Shown here: positions 11,976-25,043 of the stretch, in pieces | Position numbering within the stretch: position 1 is the first letter of the stretch | Layout: each line of letters opens with the position of its first letter | Source of the DNA: Squalus acanthias | Lineage: Eukaryota | Assembly: GCA_030390025.1 (NCBI GenBank) | Contig: JASTWF010000035.1 | Location: forward strand, 2,976,001-3,040,000 | Direction: 5' to 3' | DNA length: 64,000 bases | Notes under the pieces: model-generated | The model's input: only the letters and a program-made list of their open reading frames with translations | The model's database searches: none | What the model was told of the DNA's origin: nothing | Made by a program: the position numbers and the translations under genes

Positions 11976-12016
11976 ATGTTTTGAAATACCTCCCGCTTGT
12001 CTCCCCACAGTGAAGC

Positions 12017-12377
12017 ATGGCACGGCAGAGGTTGAAAAAGGAGAGGCTGATTGATTCCAAAGTGGATGGGAAAAATGGAAAGAATGCTGGACCTCACAAG
12101 AAACCTCCAACTAAGGAAAAGAAGAAGAAGTCCAATTTGGGGAATATCTTCATCAACATAGCAATTGTACTGTGCATCGTGAGCTGTGTCTGGTTTTGCT
12201 ATGCTATTTACATGAGGTCCTGGCTTGCTAACAGAATCATAACACCTCACCCCTCATTACGGATACTGAACAGCAACAGTACTAGTCCTGCATTGTCACC
12301 ACAGAAATACTGGGGATCCTACCGACCTCAGGTATACTTTGGAATGAAAACACGGAGTCAGAAATCAATTGTAACAG
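12017..12377 (+). CDS. MOGS: Mannosyl-oligosaccharide glucosidase, coding exon 1 (exon begins 12011)
   Basis: Basic N-tail, type-II TM helix and YWGSYRPQVYFGMKTR motif. Acceptor ctccccacAG at 12010; donor GTAAAG at 12378; phase 1. Confidence 0.95.
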
Positions 12378-12834
12378 GTAAAGTAAATCTTGGTCTGACC
12401 TCCCGTACCGTGGCAAATTCCTGTTCATTCCCATGTTCCTATGGAAATGGTTACCCTCTCAAGTTCTTAATTTTGTTAAGAATATAGTATGTCCTATTAC
12501 TGTAATTTACAGTGCTGTTCTGCACTGAAAACTCAAATATAAGTTTTACAGATGATTATTGACAAGTTTTACTCAGTACTCAAAAACAAATATAAAATAA
12601 CTATTATTTAAGTTGGAAAAGTGCCACTTGTTCACGGAGACTCAGCATGAATTGAGGAAAAGCAGGCCATGTTTAACTAACCTCCTGGGATTTTTAAATC
12701 CACTACTGACATGGGCAATGCAATTGCTAAATATTTGCATGTTTAGAAAGCTAGGAACAGGATGCCACACTGCTGAAGCTTTGCACTGGATGGAAAACTG
12801 GCTTCAGAATAGGGTAGCAATCAAAACATGATTA

Positions 12835-14985
12835 AGAACATAAGAAATAGGAGCAGAAATAGGCCACTTGGCCCCTCGAGCCTGCTCCGCCATTCAATAA
12901 GATCATGGCTGATCTTGGGCTCAAAGCCACTTCCCTGCTCACTCCCCATAACCCTTCACTCCCTTATCTTGTAAAAATCTGTCTATCTCCACCTTAAATG
13001 TAGTTAATGACCCAGCCTCCACAGCTCTCTGGGGCAGAGAATTCCACAGATTTACGACCCTCTAAGAGAAGAAATTCCTCCTCATCTCAGTTCTAAAAGG
13101 GCGACCCTTTATTCTGAAACTATGCCCCCGAGTTCTAGATTTCCCCATGAGGGGAAACATCCTCTCTGCATCTACCTTGTCGTGTCCCCTCAGTATCTTA
13201 TATGTTTCAATAAGATCACCTCTCATTCTTCTAAATTCCAATGAGTATAGGCCCAGCCTGCTCAACATTTCCTCATAAGTCAACCCCTTCATCTCTGGAA
13301 TTAACCTAGTGAATCGTCTCTGAACTGCCTCCAATGCAAGTATATCCTTCCTTAAATAAGGAGACCAAAACTGTACGCAGTACTCAAGGTGTGGTCTCAC
13401 CAATACCCTGTACAGTTGTAGCAGGACTTCCCTGCTTTTATACTCCAACCACTTTGAAATAAAGGCCAACATTCCATTTGCCTTTTTGATTACTTGCTGT
13501 ACCTGCATGCTAACTTTTTGTGTTTCATGCACAAGGACCCCCAGGTCCCTCTGAACTGTAGCATTTTGTAATCTCTCTCCATTTAAATAATAATTTGCTT
13601 TTTTATTTTTCCTGCCAAAGTGTATAACCTCGCACTTTCCCACATTATACTCCATCTGCCAAATGTTTGCCCACTCACTTAGCCTGTCTATATCCCTTTG
13701 CAGGTTCTTTGAGTCCTCTGCACAACTTGCTTTCCCACCTATCTTTGTATCAGCCGTAAACTTGGCTACATTACACTTGGCCCCTTCGTCCAAGTCATTA
13801 ATGTAGATTGTAAATAGTTGAGGTCCCAGCACCGATCCCTGTGGCACCCCACTAGTTTCTGTTTGCCAACCGGAAAATGACCCATTTATCCCGACTCTCT
13901 GCTTTCTGTTAGTTAGCCAATTCTCTATCCATGCTAATATATTACCCCCAATTCCGTGAGCTCTTCTCTTATGCAGTAACCTTTTATGTGGCACCTTATC
14001 GAATGCCTTCTGGAAATCCAAATACACCACATCCACTGGTTCACCTTTGTCCACCCTGCTCGTTACATCCTCAAAGAACTCCAGCAAGTTTGTGAAACAT
14101 GATTTCCCTTTCATAAAACTATGCTGACTCTGCTTGACTGCATTATGATTTTCCAAATGCCCTGCTATTGCTTCCTTAATGAAGGACTCCAGCATTTTCC
14201 CAACGACAGACGTTAGGCTAACTGGTCTATAGTTTCCTGCTTTCTGTCTCCCTCCTTTCTTAAATAGGGGTGTTACATTTGCGGTTTTCCAATCCGCTGG
14301 GACCTCTCCAGAGTCCAGAGAATGTTGGTATATTGCAACCAATGACTCCACTATCTCTGCAGCCATTTCTTTTAAGACCCAGGGATGCAGGTCAACTGGT
14401 CCAGGGGACTTGTCGTCTTTTAGTCCCATTATTTTACCAAGTACTATTTCCTTAGTGATAGTGATTGTCTTTAGTTCCCCCCTCCCTGTGGCCCCTTGAT
14501 TATCCATTATTGGGATGTTGTTCGTGTCTTCTACCGTGAAGACAGATACAAAATATTTGTTCAGAGTCTCTGCCATTTCCCCGTTCCCCATTATTAATTC
14601 CCCAGTCTCATCCTCTAGGGGACCAATGTTTACTTTAGCTACTCTCTTCCTTTTTATATACCTGTAGAAGCTCTTACTATCTGTTTTAATGTTTCTTGCT
14701 AGTTTACTCTCATAATTCATCTTCTCTCTCTTTATTATTGTTTTAGTCATCCTTTGCTGGTTTTTAAAAATTTCCCAATCCTCTGGTCTCCCAACAATCT
14801 TGGCAACATTGTATGCCTTCGTTTTCAATTTGATACCATCCTTTACTTCCTTAGTTAGCCACAGATGGTGCTCCCTTCTCTTAAAATCTTTCTTTCTCAC
14901 TGGTATATATTTTTGTTGAGAGTTATGAAATATATCCTTAAATGTCCGCCACTGCATTTCAACTGTCTTACCCTTTAATTTATTA
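12835..14985 (-). mobile_element. Young 5'-truncated CR1 LINE (631-aa open ORF2 segment)
   Basis: ORF 13062-14957 covers the RT domain; AAGAACATAAG tail. Nearly the same protein as 48766-51827. Confidence 0.95.
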
Positions 14986-15289
14986 AATTAGTACATCCAA
15001 GGGTCTTATTTTTAACATATATCAATTTGGAACAGTGATATTGGCCATCTCCCAAGTTTTTACATCTGTTCTCGGGATGTGGATGACACTGACAAAGCTG
15101 CATTTATTGCCCTTCCTTAATTGTCCTGAGAAGATGCTGGGCCTTCTCATCATTCCTTAGCAGACTCCACTGCCCTTAGTTTGGCATCCTCAAGAAACAT
15201 AACTAACTTTCATTGTGTTTCTGAAACCAACCTCATTGATTTTTTTTTCAGGAAGTGACAATCCAAGTTAGAGCTGGAAAGCTGTATCA

Positions 15290-16755
15290 TATACTATACC
15301 ATAGTTTGCACAGGTAGGACAGCGGAGACCCGTTTCCTGTGCCACGTGGGATCTCCAAGACACTTTATGTGTCCTCGATAACCACATGGGCAAGAAGAGA
15401 ATCTGGTAGCTCGAGCTTGAGCTCAGGGTTTCTGAACTTGAGCAGCTGGAGTCACTACAGGGCATACGGGAGGCTGAAAGTTTCCTGGAGCGCACATTCC
15501 AGGAGGTGGTCCCCCACAACTACATAGAGTTCAGGAGGATAGTAAATGGATGGCCATCCGACACAGTAGAAAGAAGCAGGCAGTTCAGGAATCCTCCGGG
15601 AGTGTGGCACTCACTAACCAGTTTTCAGTGCTGAATACCAGTGAGGGTGACGACACCTTGGGGTAGTGTAGTCTGAGCACATCCACAACACCTTGGGGCA
15701 AATGACTGCACAGGGAGGCACAGCAAAGTGTAGAAATGCAGTGGTCATTGGTGATTCGATAGTCAGGGGGACAAACAGGCGTTTCTACAACCGCCGACTT
15801 GAGTCCCACATGGTGTGTTGCCTCACTGGTGCCAGGGTAAAGGACATCACTGAGAGCATGCAGAACATTCTGCGGGGGAAAGGTGAACAGCCAGAAGCTG
15901 TGGTCCATATTGGAAATAATGACGGGAAAGAAGAGGGTTGAGGTTCTACAGACAGTTTCAGGAGCTACTGAGCAAACCAAAGAGGAGGACCTCAAAGGTG
16001 GTAATCTCTGGATAACTCCCACTGCTAGTGAGTATAGGAACAGCAAGTTAAAGCAGGTTAATGCGTGACTGGAGAAATGGGGCAGGAGGGAGGGCTTCAG
16101 ATTCCTGGGGCATTGGGACCAGTTCTGGGGCAGGAGGGACCTGTACAAGGTGGAGGGATTGCATCTGAACAGGGCAGGGACCCATGTCCTTGCAGGAAGG
16201 TTAACCAGTGCTGTGGGGGAGGGTTTAAACTAATTTGGCAGGAGGATGGGCACCAGGATAAAGCATTAGAGAGGAGCAACAAGGTGCAGAGAGGACAGGA
16301 CCAGACAAACAGCATTAAAATGAAGAGTAGTTCAGAAATAGGAGGATCAGACAGGGGGGGAAATGCAAGGCAGACTAAGATGGGTTTGGAGTGCATGTGC
16401 GTAAATGCACGGAGCGTGGTAAATAAGATTGTTGAGCTGCAGGCACAAGGTGCCACATGGGATTATGATATAGTGGCAATAACAGAGACCTGGCTCAAGC
16501 AAGGGGAGGATTGAGAACTTAATATTCCTGGCTACAATGTATTCAGGAAATATAGGGAAGGAAAAAAGGAGGGGGGGTGGCAGTATTTATCAAATAAACT
16601 GTTAGAGCACGAGAAAGGACTGATGGTTAGAGTTTGGAAGAGGAGGAACTATTCCGCTGCTGGGTGTATATGGGAAGGAGATAGAAGAGCAAAGTTGCAA
16701 GCAAATTTCAGAAAAGCATACAAACAATAGAGTAGTGATAATGGGGACCTTCAGC
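15290..16755 (+). mobile_element. Decayed CR1 5' portion (ORF1 esterase + start of endonuclease)
   Basis: VVIGDSIVRG..VVHIGNND SGNH motifs; NARSVVNK..IAITETW endonuclease motifs. Confidence 0.85.
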
Positions 16756-16785
16756 CATAAGTATTAAGAGCAGGAGTGGGCCATA

Positions 16786-17599
16786 GAATCATAGAAATTT
16801 ATGGCACAGAAGGAAGCCATTCAGCCCATCGGGTCTGTGCCGGCCGAAAAAGAGCTATTCAGCCTAATCCCACTTTCCAGTTCTTGGTCCGTAGCCTTGC
16901 AGGTTACAGCTCTTCAAGTGCACATCCAAGTAGTTTTTAAATGCGTTGAGGGTTTCTGCCTCTACCACCCTTTCAGGCAGTGAGTTCCAGACCCCCACCA
17001 CCCTCTGGGTGAAAAAAGTTCTCCTCAACTCCCCTCTAATCCTTCTACCAATTACTTTAAATCTATGCCCCCTGGTTATTGACCTCTCTGCTAAGGGAAA
17101 TAGGTCCTTCCTATCCACTCTATCTAGACCCTCATAATTTTATATGCCTCAATCAATCTCCCCTCAGCCTCCTCTGTTCCAAAGAAAACAACCCCAACCT
17201 ATCTAACCTATCCTCATAGCTAAAATTCTCCAGTCCTGGCAACATCCTCGTAAATCTCCTCTGTACCCTCTCTAGTGCAATCACATCTTTCCTGTAGTGT
17301 GGTGACCAGAACTGTTCGCAGTATTCTAGCTGTGGCCTAACTAGTGTTTTATATAGTTCAAGCATAACCTCCCTGCTCTTGTATTCTATGCGTCTGCTAA
17401 TAAAGGATTGCATCCTGTATGCCGCCTTAACTACCTTATCTAGCTGTCCTGCTACCTTCAGGGATCTGTGGACCTGCACTCCAAGGTCCCTTTGTTCCTC
17501 AACACTTGTCAGTGTTCTACCATTTATTGTGTATTCCCTTACCTTGTTAGCCCTCCCCAAATGCATTACCTCACACTTCTCCGGATTGAATTCCATTTG
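16786..17599 (-). mobile_element. Nested 5'-truncated CR1
   Basis: RT C-terminal ORFs 16864-17620 and CATAGAAT tail. Confidence 0.88.
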
Positions 17600-18133
17600 C
17601 CATACGGCCCCTTGAGCCATTCAATAAGATCATGGCTAATCTTCGACCTCAACTCCACTTTCCCACCTGATCTTGATTCCCCTCAAGTCAAAATCTATCG
17701 ATCTCAGCCTTGAATATACTCAAAGACTCAGCATTCACAGCCCACCGGGGTAGAGAATTCCAAAGATTCACAACCCTCTCAGTGAAGAAATTCTTCCTCA
17801 TCTCAGTCTTAAATGGCCGACCCCTTATCCTCAGACTATGCCCCCTAGTTCTCGACTCTCCAGCCAGGGGAAACAACCTCTCAGCATCTACTCTGTCAAT
17901 CCCCCTCAGAATCTTACATGTTTCAATAAGATCACCTCTCATTCTTCTAAACTCCAGAGATTATAGGCCCATTCTACACAATCTCTCCTCATAGGACAGC
18001 CCTCTCATCCCAGGAATCAATCTGGTGAACCTTCGTTGCACCGCCTCCAAGGCAAGTATATCCTTCCTTAGATAAGGAGACCAACACTGTGCACAGTACT
18101 CCAGGTGTGGTCTCACCAAGGCCCTGTACAATT

Positions 18134-21100
18134 AGAAACATAGAAACATAGAAAATAGGTACAGGAGTAGACCATTCGGTCCTTCGAGCCTGCACCGCCA
18201 TTCAATGCGTTCATGGCTGAACAAGCTACCTCAGTACCCCATTCCTGCTTTCTCGCCATACCCCTTGATCCCCCTAGTTGTGGGTGTTATATCTAACTCC
18301 CTTTTGAATATATTTAGCGAACTGGCCTCAACAACCTTCTGTGGAAGAGAATTCCATAGATTCACCACTCTCTGGGTGAAGAAGTTCCTCCTCAGCTCAG
18401 TCTTAAATGGCTTCCCCTTAATCCTTAGACTGTGACCCCTGGTTCTAGTTTTCCCTAACATTGGGAACATTCTGCCCGCATCTAATTTGTCTAAACCAGT
18501 CATGGCACCATGGCTGGCTCTGCTGCACAGCAGGGCGGGAAAAAGAGTGGTAGGGCTATAGTGATAGGGGCTCAATTGTAAGGAGAATAGACAGGAGTTT
18601 CTGTGGCCGCAAACGAGATTCCAGGATGGTATGTTGCCTCCCTGGTGCAAGGGTCAAGGATGTCTCGGAGCGGCTGCAGAACATTCTGAAGAGGGAGGGT
18701 GAACAGCCAGCTGTCGTGGTGCATGTAGGTACCAACGATATAGGTAAAAAGCGGGAAGAGGTCCTACAAGCAGAATTTAGGGAGCTAGGAGCTAAATTAA
18801 AAAGTAGGACCTCTAAGGTAGTAATCTCTGGATTGCTACCAGGGCCACGTGCTAATCAGAATAGAGAGAACAGGATAGTGAGATTGAATACGTGGCTTGA
18901 GCAGTGGTGCAGGAGGGAGGGATTCAAATTCCTGAGGCATTGGAACCAGTTCTGGGGGAAGTGGGACCTGTACAAAAGGGACGGTCTGCACTTGGGCAGG
19001 ACTGGAACCGATGTCCTCGGGGTAATATTTGCTAAAGCAGTTCGGGAGGATTTAAACTAATATGGCAGGGGAATGGGAACCTATGTAGCGAAACAGGGGG
19101 AAGTAATATGCAGTCAGAAACAAATGTTAGAAGGGTGAGAAACAATAGGGGAAGGCCGAGTAAACAAAGGCAAGAAACACAAAGGGCCATACTAAATCAT
19201 AAGTCTAAAAGGACAAAGGATGTTAATAAAACAAGCCTAAAGGCTCTGTGTCTTAATGCAAGGAGTATCCGTAATAAGGTGGATGAATTGACTGTGCAAA
19301 TAGATGTTAACGGATACGATGTGATTGGGATTACAGAGACGTGGCTCCAGAACAATCAAGGCTGGGAACTGAACATCCAGGGGTATTCAACATTTAGAAA
19401 GGATAGAATAAAAGGAAAAGGGGGTGGGGTAGCATTGCTGGTTAAAGAGGAGATTAATGCAATAGCTAGGAAGGACATCAGCTTGGAGGATGTGGAATCA
19501 ATATGGGTTGAGCTGCAGAACACCAAAGGGCAGAAAACGTTAGTGGGAGTTGTGTACAGACCTCCAAACAGCAGTAGTGAGGTGGGGGAGGGTATGAAAC
19601 AGGAAATCAGAGGTGCGTGCAAAAAAGGCACGGCAGTTATCATGGGTGACTTTAATATGCATATAGATTGGGTTACTCAAACTGGAAGCAATACGGTGGA
19701 GGAGGATTTCCTGGAGTGTTTAAGGGATGGTTTCCTAAACCAATATGTTGAGGAACCAACTCGAGGGGAGGCCAAAATAACAACAGAAAACGCTGGAAAA
19801 ACTCAGCAGGCCAGGCAGCATCCGTGGAGAGAGAAAGAGAGTTGACGTTTCAGGTCGATGACCTTTCATCAGACACGAGGGGAGGCCATCCTGGACTGGG
19901 TGTTGTGTAATGAGGAAGGACTAATCAGCAATCTTGTGGTACGAGGCCCCCTGGGGAAGAGTGACCATAGTATGGTGGAGTTCTACATTAGGATGGAGAA
20001 GGAAACAGTTAAGTCAGAGACCATGGTCCAGAACTTAAATAAGGGCAACTTTGAGGGTATGAGGCGTGAATTGGTGAGGTTAAATTGGCAAGCGATATTT
20101 AAGGGGCTATCAGTGGAAGGGCAATGGCAGACATTTAGAGATCGCATGGATGAACTACAACAATTGTACATCCCGGTCTGGCATAAAAATAAAAAAGGGA
20201 AGGTGGCTCAACCATGGCTAACAAGGGAAATCAGGGATAGTATTAAAACCAAGGAAGTTGCATACAAATTGGCCAGAAGTAGCAGTAAACCCGGGGACTG
20301 GGAGAACTTCAAAACTCAGCAGAGGAGGACGAAGGGTTTGATTAGGGCAGGGAAAATAAAATATGAAAGGAAGCTTGCAGAGAACATTAAAATGGACTGC
20401 AAAAGCTTCTATAAATATGTAAAAAGAAAGAGGTTAGTAAAAACAAACGTAGGTCCCCTGCAGTCGGAAAGAGGGGAAGTCGTAATGGGGAACAAGGAAA
20501 TGGCAGATCAATTGAACAAGTACTTTGGTTCGGTGTTTACTGTGGAGGACACACACAACCTGCCGGAAATAAAAGGGGTAAGAGGGAGGAGCTGAGGGAA
20601 ATCCTTATTAGACGGGAAAAGGTATTGGGAAAATTGATGGGACTGAAGGCTGAAAAATCCCCGGGGCCTGATGGTCTGCATCCCAGAGTACTTAAGGAGG
20701 TGGCCTTGGAAATAGTGGATGCATTGACGATCATTTTCCAACATTCCTTAGACTCTGGATCAGTTCCGATGGAGTGGAGGGTGGCCAATGTAACCCCTCT
20801 TTTTAAAAAAGGAGGGAGGGAGAAAGCAGGGAATTATAGACCGGTCAGCCTGACATCGGTCGTGGGTAAAATGATGGAAGCAATTATTAAAGATGTCATA
20901 ACAGACCATTTGGAAAGTGGCGACATGATAGGTCCAAGTCAGCATGGATTTGTGAAAGGGAAATCATGCTTGACAAATCTTCTGGAATTTTTTGAGGATG
21001 TTTCCAATAGGGTGGACAGGGGGGAACCAGTAGATGTGGTGTATTTGGACTTTCAGAAGGCCTTCGACAAGGTCCCACACAAGAGATTGGTGAGCAAAGT

Positions 21101-21872
21101 TAAAGCACATGGGATTGGGGGTAATGTGTTGACGTGGATTGAGAACTGGTTGGCACACAGGAAACAAAGAGTAGGAGTAAATGGGTACTTTTCAGAATGG
21201 CAGGCAGTGACCAGCGGGGTACCGCAGGGTTCGGTGCTGGGACCCCAGCTGTTTACATTATATTTTAATGATTTGGACGAAGGGATTAAATGTAATATCT
21301 CCAAATTTGCGGATGACACTAAATTGGGAGGCAGTGTGAACAATGAGGAGGATGCTAGGAGGCTACAGAGTGACTTGGACAGGTTGGGTGAATGGGCAAA
21401 TGTATGGCAGATGAAGTACAATGTGGATAAATGTGAGGTTATCCACTTTGGTGGTAAAAATAGAGAGGCGGACTATTACCTGAATGGTGGCAGATTAGGG
21501 AAAGGGGAGGTGCAACGAGACCTGGGCGTCATGGTACATCAGTCACTGAAGGTGGGAATGCAAGTGCAGCAGGCAGTCAAGAAAGCAAACGGAATGATGG
21601 CCTTCATAGTAAGGGGATTTGAGTACAGGAGTAGGGAGGTGATGCTGCAGTTGTACAGGGCCTTGGTGAGGCCACACCTGGAGTATTGTGCGCAGTTTTG
21701 GTCTCCTAACTTAAGGAAGGACATTCTTGCTATTGAGGGAGTGCAGCGAAGGTTCACTAGATTGATTCCTGGGATGGCCGGTCTGACATATCAAGAAAGA
21801 TTGGGTCAACTGAACTTGTATCCTCTGGAGTTCAGAAGAATGAGGGGGGATCTTATAGAGACATTTAAAATT
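18134..21872. mobile_element. CR1 with 5' inversion: 3' end on - strand (18134-18502), ORF1/ORF2 body on + strand (18503-21872)
   Basis: SGNH ORF1 at 18626-19060 and EN+RT at 19108-21870 ending ETFKI. The continuation MTGLDKLDAGRMFP lies on the - strand from 18502. AATT is duplicated at both ends. Confidence 0.88.
19775..19875 (-). mobile_element. Short Penelope-like 3' terminus with hammerhead motif (19841-19872, -)
   Basis: 13-bp TSD CGAGGGGAGGCCA (19762-19774 / 19876-19888). The - strand reads CTGATGA-a-AGGTC-atc-GACCT-GAAA-cg-TC. Confidence 0.82.
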
Positions 21873-22285
21873 GTAGCAAGACTTCCTTACTCTTATACTC
21901 CAACCCCCTTGCAATAAAGGCCAACATGCCATTTGCCTTCCTTATTGCTTGCTGTACCTGCATGCTAGCTTTCTGTGTTTCTTGCACAAGGACGCCCAAA
22001 TCTCTCTGAACACCAACATTTAATAGTTTCTTACCATTTAAAAAAATATTCTGTTTTTCTATTCTTCCTACCAACTTGAATAACCTCCCATTTCCCCACA
22101 TTATACTCCATCTGCCACCCTACTGCCCACTCACTTAACCTGTCCATACCCCTTTGCAGCCTCTTTGTGTTCTCCTCACAGCTTACTTTTCCACCTAGCT
22201 TTGTATCATCAGCAATCTTGGATACATTACACTCGGTCCCTTCATCTAGATTGATATTAGATTAATATAGATTGTAAATAGCTGA

Positions 22286-23030
22286 TGCATTTTGAGAAAA
22301 ATGAGGAGAGACAATATAAACTAAATGGTCCAATTCTAAAGGGAATGCAGGAACAGAGAGACCTGGGGCTGTACATATACAAATCTTTGAAAGTGGCAGG
22401 ACAAGTTGATGCTGTTTTTTAAAAAAAAAGAGTATATGGGATCCTGGATTTTATAAATAGTGGCATTGAGTACAAAAGCAAGGAAGTTATGGTAAATCTT
22501 TATAAATCACTGGCTAGAGTATTGTGCAAAATTCTGGGCACTGCACATTAAGAAGGATGTCCAGGCCTTTGAGAGGGTGCAGAGGAGATTTACTGGAATG
22601 GTGCCAGGGATGAGGGACTTCAATTACGTGGAGAGACTGGAGAAGCTGGGGTTGTTCTCCTTAGAGCAGAGAAGGTCAAGGGGAGATTTAATAGAGGCAT
22701 TCAAAATCATGAACAGTTTTGATAGACTTAATAAGGAGAGACTGTTTCCACTGGCAGGAGGGTCGGTAACCAGAGGACACAGTTTTAAGATAATTGACAA
22801 AAGAACCAGGGGTGAGAAGAGGAGAATTTTTTTACACAGCGAGTTGTTATGATCTGGAATGTGCTGCCTGAAAGGGCGGTGGAAGCAGATTCAATAGTAA
22901 CCTTCAAAAGGGAATTGGATAAATACTTGAAGGGAAAAATTGCAGGGCTATGGGGAAAGGGCAGGGGAGTGGAACTAATTTGTTAGCTCTTTCAGGCATG
23001 ATGGGCTCCTGTGCTGTATGATTTTATGAT
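22286..23030 (+). mobile_element. 5'-truncated CR1, decayed
   Basis: QRRFTGMVPG..GDLIEAFKI and 3' tail. Confidence 0.85.
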
Positions 23031-23086
23031 CAGAAACCATAGCCAACCCTAACCCCAGGCCACTCCACTCAATGCATCTCCCAAAC

Positions 23087-23618
23087 ATCATAGAGTCATA
23101 ACGGCACAGAAGGAGGCCATTCGGCCCATTGAGTCCGTGCCGGCTCTCTGTAGAGCAATCCAGTCAGTCCCATTCCCCCGCTCTATCCCCGTAGTCCTGC
23201 AAGTTTATTTCCCTCAAGTGCCTATCCAGTCTCCCCTTGAAAACATTGAGTGTCTCCGCCTCCACCACTCCCGTCGGCAACGAGTTCCAGGTCCTCGCCA
23301 CTCGCTGCGTAAAAAAGTTTTTCCTCACATCCTCCCTGTATCTCTTGCCCAAAACCTTAAATCTGTATCCCCTAGTCCTTGTACCATCAACTAGTGGGAA
23401 CAGCATTTCCCCATCTAGCCTATCCAAACCCGTCATAATCTTACACACCTCTATCAAATCACCCCTCAACCTCCTTTGCTCTAATGAAAGCAAATCCAGC
23501 TTCTCCAACCTGTCCTTGTAGCTAAGATCCCCCATCCCCGGAACCATTCTGGTAAATCTCCTCTGCATCCTCTCAAGGGCCTTCACATCCTTCCTAAAGT
23601 GTGATGACCAGAACTGTG
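23087..23618 (-). mobile_element. 5'-truncated CR1
   Basis: ORF 23164-23643 is an RT tail; CATAGAGT tail. Same subfamily as 57823-58580. Confidence 0.88.
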
Positions 23619-23669
23619 TGGTGATCATTCCTCCAATTGGCACCTGCCGCTTTCTTTTTTTTTTCAGCC

Positions 23670-24092
23670 AATTCCTTGTCTGTCAGCTTGGCTGAGTTGC
23701 TAGCACTCTTGCTTCTGAGTCAGAAGGTAGTGGCTTCAAACTCCGTTCAGGATTTAAGAATGTAATCTTGGCCGACACGGGGTAGTACTGAGGGAGAGCT
23801 GCCTTGTTCCACATGCTTCTTTCTGATTTGACATTAAATTGAGACCCTGTTCAGGTAGATGTAAACGATCTCGTGCCACTATTGGAAGAAGAGTGGGAAG
23901 TTCTCCTGGTGTCCTGCCCAAAATTCCTTCTTCGACCAACATTACAATAACGTTCAGCTCATTTTTCCAATTATGGGATCTTGCTGAGTGCAAATTGGCT
24001 GCCGCACTGCTTTGAAAAGTAATTTAGTATGCAGCACTTTGGGATAGCCTGAGGCTACGATAAAGTGTTATATGAATGTAAATTCTTTCTTG
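23670..24092 (+). mobile_element. tRNA-derived Deu-domain SINE (SacSINE1-like), decayed
   Basis: A box TGGCTGAGTTGC, B box GGCTTCAAAC, AGTACTGAGGGAG, Deu core and L2-like tail. Confidence 0.7.
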
Positions 24093-24822
24093 ATGTACCT
24101 TCAAGTTTTACCTAGGAAGCCGATTGCCGTAAGCTTGTATAACAGCCTTCCTTTCGTATGGAACATTGTTGGAGTCTGGGTTTAGAATATCGCACAGCTT
24201 TGTGATGTCTACTTGAGTTGCCACTTTCTCAAGAACCATTAATGAGGTTAAACAGGAAGTGCCACTTCTGAAACCATGGCTGCCACTCACTAGGTTCTTT
24301 TTGTGTAGATACACCTCAAGTTTCTTCTTAATGATGATTCCATTATGCTACCAGTTATTTACGTGAGATTCTCACAGTTTTGGGTTTTTAAACTCATTAG
24401 TTTTGCAAGTTTAGCATCACTGATCACTGCTGGTCCCTTATGATCTGGATTGCACCTTTTTCTGCCAATATCATAAATAACATAACCCAAAGATTGTAAC
24501 AGCAAACCCTTACTCCATACACTGGCTACGAGCACATGTCACATGCTATAACGTGACTTCTCCCCTCATTACAGACAGCAGATTATATAAGCTCTCTAAC
24601 AAATTGAGACATGGAACCAAAAGTGCTTTATTTAAATGGGTTATTGCTTGGAGGCTTGGTTACATTTTGGTATTTTCTGTCAGAGTTTGGTCAAAGATGC
24701 TTTATTTTGAATCACTGTTTTCTGGCTAGTGTACATTGCTCAGTTTCACATGTTCAGTTTTATTGCAGCATGTTCCAGCCACTGATCAATAGTTGATCTT
24801 ATTTGAATTATTTTAAATTTAG

Positions 24823-25043
24823 GGTTGATGTGGCTACAGCAGTTCAAAGCGGAGGTGAATCTGCGACATACATGTGAGCAGGGTGATCGGCTGCCCAGCT
24901 ATGGCTGGCTAATGCACGATGGGATAAACTTTGGAGTGCAGGAAGTAAAAGATAACGATTTCACATTAACAACTAAGTTTGTGAAACGTGTTGGTGGGCA
25001 GCATGGAGGAGATTGGACATGGAGAATTACTGCCAAACCACAG
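24823..25043 (+). CDS. MOGS: MOGS coding exon 2
   Basis: [36 protein letters not shown] boundaries with phases 1/0. Confidence 0.95.

Larger units (their letters stand above)
16757..22285 (-). mobile_element. Host CR1 (pieces 16757-16785, 17600-18133, 21869-22285) with two nested CR1 insertions
   Basis: The pieces join colinearly across duplicated GCCATA and AATT. Confidence 0.8.

Noticed and set aside
13062..14957. 631-aa RT ORF as a domesticated or active gene
   Set aside because: 5'-truncated CR1 without ORF1 or endonuclease. The catalytic FADD is mutated to FTAD and there is a premature stop.
23680..23750. tRNA gene
   Set aside because: Degenerate A/B boxes continue into a SINE body; no intact cloverleaf.
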